From contig CAXXWQ010000003.1 in the NCBI GenBank assembly GCA_963674945.2, forward strand, positions 1,536,001 to 1,600,000: DNA of 64,000 bases. The letters are read 5' to 3'. This document shows, one piece after another, positions 9,376 through 16,675 of the stretch; positions within the stretch are counted from its first letter, which is position 1, and every line of letters starts with the position of its first letter. The notes below the pieces were generated by a model. That model saw only the letters and a list, made by a program, of their open reading frames with translations. It did not search any database and was not told the DNA's origin. Source of the DNA: an uncultured Desulfosarcina sp. (lineage in GTDB: Bacteria > Desulfobacterota > Desulfobacteria > Desulfobacterales > Desulfosarcinaceae). The position numbers and the translations under genes are program-made.

Positions 9376-10254
9376 ATGAAACTCAAGGAAGCTTTGGAAA
9401 AAAAGAAATTTGTGGTCACCTCGGAGGTCCAGGCACCCATGGGGGACGACGATCCCGAGGTGCTGGTGGATAACCTGAAACGGGTAAGGGGACGGATGGA
9501 CGGGGTATCCATTGCCGAAGTGGAACTCGAGGGGATCGTGGGCGACAGCATCCGAACCTGCGAATTGCTCAACCAGAACCGATTCGACGCCATTTACCAG
9601 ACCACCACCCGGGATAAAAACCGCATTCAACTGCAAAAAGATCTGACCCTTGCCCATGAGACCGGGGTGGAAAATCTGCTGGTCTTCACCGAGGACTACC
9701 GCATCTCCGGTGACAGCCTGCAAGAGACCATGTTCTTCCATGTGGATTCGGGAAAGCTGGCCTCGGTATTGGAACATCTCAAGGACGGGCGCACCGTGGA
9801 CGGTAAGTCGTTGTCCCAAAATGTGGAGTTTACCATGGGCTCCGGCGTGGAATCCACGTGGGGCAACAAGGTGCCCAAACAGGGAATGCAGGAGATGGAG
9901 ACGATGCGTGAGCTGGGTACCGGATACTTTCTGACCACCCCCATCTTCGACCTCGACCAGTTCCAGCGTTTCGTAAGACAGGTCAACACCTTCGGCGTTC
10001 CGGTCATCGCCGAAGTGATGCTGTTGAGAAACGCGGCCATGGCCCGGTTCATCAACCGCCATTTCAGGGCCGGTCTGGTTCCCGATTGGGTCGTCCAAAA
10101 GTTGGACAAGGCCGCCGACAAAAAAAAGGCCAGCATCGAGCTGTTTGCCGATACGATCAATGGACTACGGGACATTTGTGACGGCGTCCACATCATCACC
10201 TTAGGGGGAATCGACAAGATTCAGCCGTATCTGGATGCGGCAAAAATTCGGTAG
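9376..10254 (+). CDS. Methylenetetrahydrofolate reductase (MetF)-like protein, divergent
   Basis: FVVTSE, T.RDKNRIQLQ, GVENLL, DGVHI motifs of the MTHFR fold; several canonical motifs are altered. AGGAGG RBS. Confidence 0.8.
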   Translation: MKLKEALEKKKFVVTSEVQAPMGDDDPEVLVDNLKRVRGRMDGVSIAEVELEGIVGDSIRTCELLNQNRFDAIYQTTTRDKNRIQLQKDLTLAHETGVENLLVFTEDYRISGDSLQETMFFHVDSGKLASVLEHLKDGRTVDGKSLSQNVEFTMGSGVESTWGNKVPKQGMQEMETMRELGTGYFLTTPIFDLDQFQRFVRQVNTFGVPVIAEVMLLRNAAMARFINRHFRAGLVPDWVVQKLDKAADKKKASIELFADTINGLRDICDGVHIITLGGIDKIQPYLDAAKIR

Positions 10255-10298
10255 TGCCCATCCGGAAATGGCCAATTTGCCTATTTCCGGACGGACAC
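10254..10298. repeat. Internally deleted 45-nt copy of the element at 8020-8159, in inverse orientation
   Basis: 10254-10281 matches the reverse complement of 8132-8159 at 27/28; 10280-10298 matches the reverse complement of 8019-8037 at 16/19. Confidence 0.85.
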
Positions 10299-10346
10299 TC
10301 GATAAATAAACCGGCATGCAAACCGAAAAAAACGGAGATTGATATC

Positions 10347-11633
10347 ATGACTTCACCCATCGAACTCGATGACTTGGAGTGCGACTTCAAGCAAGCAGTG
10401 TTGGAGGATGCGCCCGATGCCTTGCTCGATCTGTGCATGACCTGTGGCACATGCACGGGCGGCTGCCCGGCGTCGGGGTTGATGGACATGGACCCGCGCA
10501 AGCTTCTGCGCATGGTCAACCTGGGCATGGACGAAGAGGTCAGAAAATCCAAGTGGGCCTGGGTGTGCACCATGTGCGCCCGTTGCATCAACGCCTGCCC
10601 CATGAAGATCAACATTCCGAAACTGGTCTACAAGGTCCGCGGGTCCGTTCCCAGGGACAAACGCCCCAAGGGCATTCGCGGTTCCTGCGACCAGCATATC
10701 CGCGCCGGCAACGCCATGGGCGTTCCCACCGACGATTTCATCTGGACCGTGGAAGACGTTGCCGATGAAATCCGGGAGACGCAGCCGCAGTTCGAGGATC
10801 TGAAGGTGACGGTGGACCGTGTCGGCGCGTATATGGCCATCAATCAGAACTCCCGGGAGCCGGTGACCGAACCCGACGAGTTGGGTCCGCTCTGGAAGGT
10901 CCTTCATATCGTCGACGCCGACTGGACCTATCCATCGGTAATGTGGGCGGGAGAGAACTACTGCCTGTTTCTGGCCGACGATGAGGGGTGGCGCTACATT
11001 TTAGAAGAGTTCGTCGATCACATCGACAACAACCTGGGTTGCAAGGTTGTCGTCAACACCGAGTGAGGGCACAGCTATTTTGCGATCCTGGAAGGATTGC
11101 GAAAATTCAACATTCCCCACAAATTCGAATTTACCAGCATCATCCGTCTCTATGCCCAGTGGATCCGGGAGGGGAAGCTTCCTGTCAATGCCGACTGGAA
11201 CCGTGACCTGAAGATCAAGTTCACGGTCCAGGACCCGTGCAACATCGTGAGAAAAACCGAACGTCAGGAGATGGCCGACGATCTTCGCTTCGTGATCAAG
11301 ACCGTCGTGGGCGAAGAGAACTTCGTGGACATGGTGCCGTCCGGAGTCAACAACTACTGCTGCGGCGGTGGCGGCGGTGCTCTTCAGGGTGGCTTTCGGG
11401 AAGAGCGACGGGCCTATGGGAAAATCAAATTCGACCAGGTGATGGCCACCGGCGCCAGGTACGTCATCGCCCCATGCCACAACTGCCACAGCCAGATCGA
11501 GGACATGGGCCACCACTACGGCGGCGATTACCATGTGGTCCACCTGTGGACCATCATGTGCCTGTCCATGGGAATCCTCGGCGAAAACGAGCGTACCTAT
11601 TTAGGACCGGATCTGGCAAACCACGGGTTATAG
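10347..11633 (+). CDS. HdrC/CCG-domain (HdrD-like) Fe-S protein, predicted selenoprotein (Sec at TGA 11064-11066), 428 aa
   Basis: ORFs 10254..11066 and 11097..11633 are in the same frame. Readthrough gives NTE-U-GHSY at the conserved ECGH position. Also two CxxCxxCxxxCP motifs, QDPCN, CCGGGGG and APCHNC; SECIS-like hairpin downstream. Confidence 0.9.
11078..11104 (+). promoter_or_regulatory. Bacterial SECIS-like hairpin
   Basis: TTTTGCGATCCT-GGA-AGGATTGCGAAA: 12-bp stem with two G.U pairs, beginning 11 nt after the UGA, with G in the apical loop. Confidence 0.8.
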
Positions 11634-11647
11634 CGAAGATGGAAAAC

Positions 11648-11772
11648 CGCAAATGGTAGATTTTGGTTCAGGCCAAGGCCGCAATGACGATGAAACCGGC
11701 GGCGTAGCAGGACTACGTCGAGGATTTCATCAAAGTGAGAACGCCGGCATGGGCAAAAAGATGCCGTTTGCG
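11648..11772. repeat. About 125-nt palindromic intergenic element, copy B (divergent relative of copy A)
   Basis: Terminal IR CGCAAATGG/CCGTTTGCG; motifs colinear with copy A: TTTGGT, CAAGGC, ACC, CGAGGAT, AACGCCG, GGGCAAA. Confidence 0.75.
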
Positions 11773-11795
11773 TCCCTTCCTAAAGGAGGAATATC

Positions 11796-14700
11796 ATGAC
11801 TACACCTACTACCGGTGCCGTACTGGTCGTCGGAGGCGGTATCGCGGGCATTCAAGCATCTCTGGACCTGGCCGACGCCGGTTATCGCGTCGTCCTTACG
11901 GAGCAGAGTTCGGCCATCGGCGGCGTCATGGCCCAGCTGGACAAGACATTTCCCACCAACGATTGCAGCATGTGCATCATCTCCCCCAAGCTGGTGGAGG
12001 CCGGCCGCCACCTGAACATCGATCTGTTTACCACCACCGATGTACAGTCCATCAGCGGCGAAGCGGGCAATTTCACCGTCACCCTGCGCCAGCGTCCACG
12101 ATTCATCGATATGGAGAAATGTACGGCCTGCGGCGAGTGCAGCAAGGTGTGCCCCATCGATGTACCCAACGAATTCGACCAGGGATTGGGCCGACGCAAG
12201 GCGGCGTTCAAACGCTATCCCCAGGCCATGCCATCGGCCTACACCATCGAGAAGAAAGGGACGGCGCCGTGCAAGGCCGCCTGCCCGGCCAATCCCAGCT
12301 TCCAGGGCTGCGTGGCGTTGATGGCCCAGGAAAAATACGAGGAGGCGTTCAGGCTGTTCCGAAGCGAACACCCCTTCCCCGGCATCTGCGGCCGCGTCTG
12401 CCATCACCCTTGCGAAACCGCCTGCACCCGCGGCCAGGTGGATGCCCCCGTATCCATCATGGCCCTGCACCGCTTTCTCGCCGACTGGGCACGGGAAAAC
12501 AAGTTGTCTCCTGTGCCCGAGAAAAAGGAGGCCCGCAAAGAGAAGATTGCCGTCATCGGCAGCGGACCCGCGGGTCTTTCATGCGCCTATTTTCTGGCCA
12601 TCGAGGGATTTGCCGTGACGGTCTTCGAGAAACAGGATGTGCTCGGCGGCATGCTCACGTTAGGAATTCCCGCCTACCGCCTGCCCCGGGAGATCATCGA
12701 AGAAGAGATTGCCGTGTTGCGCAAGCTTGGGATCGAATTTCGAACCGGTGTGAATTTGGGCGCCGACGTCACCATCGGCCGGCTGCGCGAAGAGGGGTAC
12801 AAATCCTTTTTCATGGCCATCGGCTCCCAGGAGTGCAAGCTGTTGGGAATCGAAGGCGAAGAGTACGAAGGCGTGTGGCCGGGCGTGGATTATCTGATGC
12901 GGGCCAATCTGGGAGAGAAGATCGATCTCGGGGACAAGGTGGCGGTCATCGGCGGCGGCAACGTGGCCATGGACGCGGTCCGGACCGCCCTCCGAAGCGG
13001 TTCCAAGCAGCCTTTCATCCTCTACCGACGCGGCGAAGAGCAGATGCCGGCCAGCGCCGATGAAATCGAAGAGTGCCGGGAAGAGGGAATCGAAATCATG
13101 ACCCTGACCAACCCGGTGCGGGTGGTCGCGGAAAACGGACGGGTTACCGCCATCCAATGCATCCGCATGGAACTCGGACAGCCGGAGGATTCGGGGCGAC
13201 GACGCCCGGTACCCATCGAAGGTTCCGAGTTCACCATCGAAGTGGATGCGGTGATACCGGCCATCGGCCAGGAGTCGGACTGGGCCTGCCTCACCGATGA
13301 ATGCGCCTGTACCCTAAGCGACTGGGGCACCATGAACGTGGACCCGGTCACCTTGCAGACGGAAGATCCGGATATCTTCGCCGGCGGCGATGCGGTCTCC
13401 GGCCCCGCCACCGTCGTGGAGGCCATCGCAGCTGGCAAGACCGCCGCAGAGAGCATTCGTCGCTATCTGAGCAATGAGGAAATGTCGGAAGGACGCGGTA
13501 CCCTCTTGCCCGTCGTGGAGGATGTCGATCTGTCCGGGGCCGCACCCATTGCACGTCAGCGCATGCCCATGGCCGACCCAAAAGGTCGGATCGCCGGCTA
13601 CGAAGAGGTCCAGTTGGGACTTACCCAAGCGGCGGTGCGACAAGAGGTAAAGCGCTGCCTGGCCTGCGGCATCTGCTCGGAGTGCTACCAGTGTGTGGAG
13701 GCCTGCCTGGCCAAAGCCGTCTGCCACGAGATGAAAGAGGAAATTCACGAAGTCCGGGTGGGTGCCGTGATCCTGGCACCGGGTTTCACCCCCTTCGACC
13801 CGACCATCTACGAGGCCTATAGCTACGCCAGCCATCCCAATGTGGTCACCAGTCTGGAATTCGAACGCATTCTCTCTGCATCCGGCCCCTATGCCGGACA
13901 CCTGGTTCGGCCTTCGGACGACAAGCCGCCCAGGAAGATCGCCTGGCTCCAGTGCGTGGGATCACGGGACCTCAACGCCTGCGATAACGGATACTGCTCT
14001 TCGGTTTGCTGCATGTACGCCAACAAGCAGGCGGTCATCGCAAAGGAGCACAGCGACGAAGAGCTGGATACGGCAATCTTCTTCATGGACATGCGCACCT
14101 TCGGAAAGGACTTCGACAGGTATGCCACGCGGGCACAACAAGACCACGGCGTACGCCACATCCGCTCCCGCATCCACTCGGTCTTTCCGGCCGAAGAAGA
14201 TCGACTGCGCATCGTCTACGCCACCGAGTCCGGCAATACCGTGGAAGAGAACTTCGATCTGGTGGTCCTCTCGGTGGGTCTCGCCCCCAACGCCGATGCC
14301 GTCGCCCTGGCCCAACGGCTGGGCGTCGACCTGAACCACTACAACCATGCCAAGACCGGTTGCCTTGCGCCGGTGAACACCAATAGGGAGGGGATATTCG
14401 TCTGTGGCGCCTTCCAGGAACCCAAGGACATCCCCGCGTCGGTCATGGAGGCCTCGGCCTCGGCGACGGCAGCCACTGGACTGCTCAGCGACGCACGCTG
14501 GACCCTGACACGAAAACGTGAGCTTCCCCCGGAACTGGATGTCTCGGACCAGGGACCGCGAATCGGGGTCTTCGTCTGCAACTGCGGCATCAACATCGGC
14601 GGTATCGCCGACGTACCGGCGGTTCGGGACTATGCGGCAAACCTTCCCCATGTGGTCCATGTGGAGGACAATCTGTTTACCTGCAGCCAGGACGCCCAGG

Positions 14701-16232
14701 ACCACATGAAGGAAGTCATCCAGGAGAAGGGGATCAACCGGGTTGTGGTGGCATCCTGCAGCCCCCGCACCCATGAACCCCTCTTTCAGGAGACCATCCG
14801 GGATGCGGGTTTAAACAAATACCTGTTCGAAATGGCCAACATCCGCGACCAGAACACCTGGGTGCACATGAACGATCCGGAGCGGGCCACGGCCAAAGCC
14901 AAGGATCTCGTGAGAATGGCCGTAGCCAAGGCGGCTTACATCGAACCGCTGCACCAGGTGAGCCTTTCCATCGTCAAGACGGGCCTTGTGGTGGGCGGCG
15001 GCGTGGCCGGTATGGAGGCGGCGCTGGGCTTGGCCGACCAGGGGTGCGATGCCGTCCTGGTGGAGATGTCCGACCAACTGGGTGGCGTGGCCAATCAGCT
15101 CAACGCCACCTGGAAGGGCGAACCCATCGGTCCCTACCTTGCCGATACCATCGAACGGGTAAAAAACCATCCGCGCATCCGCCTGTTCATGCAGACCCGG
15201 GTGAAGAAGACCGGCGGCAGCATCGGCAACTTTTCCACGACCCTGGCATCCGTCAACGGCGATCCTTCGGAGGTGGTGATCGATCACGGTGCGACGATCA
15301 TTGCCACCGGCGGTGGTGAGTACAAACCCGATCTCTACCTCTATGGCGACCACGCCAACGTACTCACCCACCTGGAAATGGACGAGGCCATGGCCAACCG
15401 GGACAAACGCCTGACGCTGGCAAAGAGCGTCGTTTTCATTCAGTGCGCAGGATCCCGGGACGAAAACCGCCCCTATTGCAGTAAGGTCTGCTGCACCCAC
15501 AGCCTGAAATGCGCCCTCACGCTAAAGGAAGAGAACCCGAACCGGAAGGTGACCATTCTCTACCGGGACATCCGCAGTTACGGATTCCGTGAGGATCTCT
15601 ACAAGAAGGCGCGGGAGGCGGGGGTCCTGTTCATCCGGTACGAACCGGACAAACCGCCCGAGGTCTCAGCCGACGGAGACAACCGACTGGCCGTGGATAT
15701 CACCGATCATGTGCTTTGCCTGCCCGTGCGCCTGCGGCCCGACCTGCTGGTACTGGCCACCGGCGTGGTGCCCAACGCCAACCGCAATTTCTTCGAGATG
15801 TTCAAGGTGCCGGTAAACGCCGATGGATTTCTGGTGGAGGCCCATGCCAAGCTGCGTCCCGTGGATTTCTCCTCCGAGGGGATCTATCTTGCCGGCCTGG
15901 CCCACTTTCCCAAACCGCTGGAAGAGACCATCGCCCAGGCCAAGGCGGCCGCCTCACGGGCCATGACCCTTCTCGCCCGGGATGCCATCATGGTGGGCGG
16001 TGTGGTGGCAACGGTGGACAGCGGCAAGTGCGCGGCCTGCCTCACCTGTGTTCGGGCCTGTCCTTACGGCATTCCCCGTGTGGACGAACACAGCCATGCG
16101 GTCATCGATCCGGCCCAGTGCCACGGCTGCGGCACCTGTGTTTCCGAATGCCCGGGAAAGGCGATCAACCTGGCTCATTTCACCGACGACCAGTTGGTCG
16201 CAAAGATAGAAGCGTTGTTTATCGCAGCATAA
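11796..16232 (+). CDS. hdrA: Large heterodisulfide reductase A-like flavoprotein (HdrL type) with an inserted GltD-like NAD(P)H-binding module
   Basis: GGGIAG...LDKTFPTNDCSMC HdrA N-terminus; insert ICGRVCHHPCE, GSGPAG, GGGNVAMD, FAGGD; two QC.GSR/YCS..CC HdrA cores; SCSPRTHE; C-terminal ferredoxin. Confidence 0.93.
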   Translation: MTTPTTGAVLVVGGGIAGIQASLDLADAGYRVVLTEQSSAIGGVMAQLDKTFPTNDCSMCIISPKLVEAGRHLNIDLFTTTDVQSISGEAGNFTVTLRQRPRFIDMEKCTACGECSKVCPIDVPNEFDQGLGRRKAAFKRYPQAMPSAYTIEKKGTAPCKAACPANPSFQGCVALMAQEKYEEAFRLFRSEHPFPGICGRVCHHPCETACTRGQVDAPVSIMALHRFLADWARENKLSPVPEKKEARKEKIAVIGSGPAGLSCAYFLAIEGFAVTVFEKQDVLGGMLTLGIPAYRLPREIIEEEIAVLRKLGIEFRTGVNLGADVTIGRLREEGYKSFFMAIGSQECKLLGIEGEEYEGVWPGVDYLMRANLGEKIDLGDKVAVIGGGNVAMDAVRTALRSGSKQPFILYRRGEEQMPASADEIEECREEGIEIMTLTNPVRVVAENGRVTAIQCIRMELGQPEDSGRRRPVPIEGSEFTIEVDAVIPAIGQESDWACLTDECACTLSDWGTMNVDPVTLQTEDPDIFAGGDAVSGPATVVEAIAAGKTAAESIRRYLSNEEMSEGRGTLLPVVEDVDLSGAAPIARQRMPMADPKGRIAGYEEVQLGLTQAAVRQEVKRCLACGICSECYQCVEACLAKAVCHEMKEEIHEVRVGAVILAPGFTPFDPTIYEAYSYASHPNVVTSLEFERILSASGPYAGHLVRPSDDKPPRKIAWLQCVGSRDLNACDNGYCSSVCCMYANKQAVIAKEHSDEELDTAIFFMDMRTFGKDFDRYATRAQQDHGVRHIRSRIHSVFPAEEDRLRIVYATESGNTVEENFDLVVLSVGLAPNADAVALAQRLGVDLNHYNHAKTGCLAPVNTNREGIFVCGAFQEPKDIPASVMEASASATAATGLLSDARWTLTRKRELPPELDVSDQGPRIGVFVCNCGINIGGIADVPAVRDYAANLPHVVHVEDNLFTCSQDAQDHMKEVIQEKGINRVVVASCSPRTHEPLFQETIRDAGLNKYLFEMANIRDQNTWVHMNDPERATAKAKDLVRMAVAKAAYIEPLHQVSLSIVKTGLVVGGGVAGMEAALGLADQGCDAVLVEMSDQLGGVANQLNATWKGEPIGPYLADTIERVKNHPRIRLFMQTRVKKTGGSIGNFSTTLASVNGDPSEVVIDHGATIIATGGGEYKPDLYLYGDHANVLTHLEMDEAMANRDKRLTLAKSVVFIQCAGSRDENRPYCSKVCCTHSLKCALTLKEENPNRKVTILYRDIRSYGFREDLYKKAREAGVLFIRYEPDKPPEVSADGDNRLAVDITDHVLCLPVRLRPDLLVLATGVVPNANRNFFEMFKVPVNADGFLVEAHAKLRPVDFSSEGIYLAGLAHFPKPLEETIAQAKAAASRAMTLLARDAIMVGGVVATVDSGKCAACLTCVRACPYGIPRVDEHSHAVIDPAQCHGCGTCVSECPGKAINLAHFTDDQLVAKIEALFIAA

Positions 16233-16273
16233 CGAAAAAAGATGGGCCGAAAACCTATTGAAAAGGAGGAGAG

Positions 16274-16675
16274 ATGGGAGTAAAAAAAGATCCTCAAATT
16301 CTGGCTTTCTGTTGTAAGTACTGCTCCTATGCGGCAGCGGACCTGGCCGGTTCCATGCGCCTTTCTTACCCTGCCGCGGTCAAGGTAGTCCAGGTACCTT
16401 GTACCGGTCGGGTGGATGTGATTCACCTGCTCAAGGGCATTGAAGCCGGCGCAGACGGTATCTTCGTGGCCGGTTGAATGGACGGTGAGTGCCATTTCCT
16501 GGAAGGAAATCGAAGAACCCGCAAAAAGGTGGAATATGTGAGAAAAATCCTGGAGGAAATCGGTATCGACGGCTCCCGGGTACAGATGTTCAACCTTTCG
16601 TCGGCCATGGCGCCGGAGTTCGCCAAAATCGCCCGTGAGATGACCGAAACGGTAACCAGATCGGTATCGCCATGA
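16274..16675 (+). CDS. mvhD: MvhD/FlpD hydrogenase iron-sulfur subunit, predicted selenoprotein (Sec at TGA 16475-16477), 133 aa
   Basis: ORFs 16274..16477 and 16478..16675 are contiguous in frame: FCCKYCSYAAADLAG...PCTGRV...GADGIFVAG-U-MDGECHF.EGN. The UGA falls at the conserved GC..G.CH cysteine. Confidence 0.95.
16494..16510 (+). promoter_or_regulatory. Bacterial SECIS-like hairpin
   Basis: ATTTCCT-GGA-AGGAAAT, with the same TCCTGGAAGGA core and the same offset from UGA (+20 to +30) as the hairpin at 11078. Confidence 0.8.

Noticed and set aside
10254..11633. Two separate ORFs, or a nonsense pseudogene, at 10254..11066 and 11097..11633
   Set aside because: Same frame, UGA at a conserved Cys position and a SECIS-like hairpin indicate one selenoprotein. 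The ORF-track N-terminal extension from 10254 is translated repeat sequence.
11648..11772. Archaeal/eukaryote-style 3'-UTR SECIS after the HdrD-like selenoprotein gene
   Set aside because: A bacterial-type SECIS is already adjacent to the UGA, and relatives of this element occur next to non-selenoprotein genes.
16274..16675. Two small ORFs of 67 and 65 aa
   Set aside because: They are the two halves of MvhD joined by a Sec codon.
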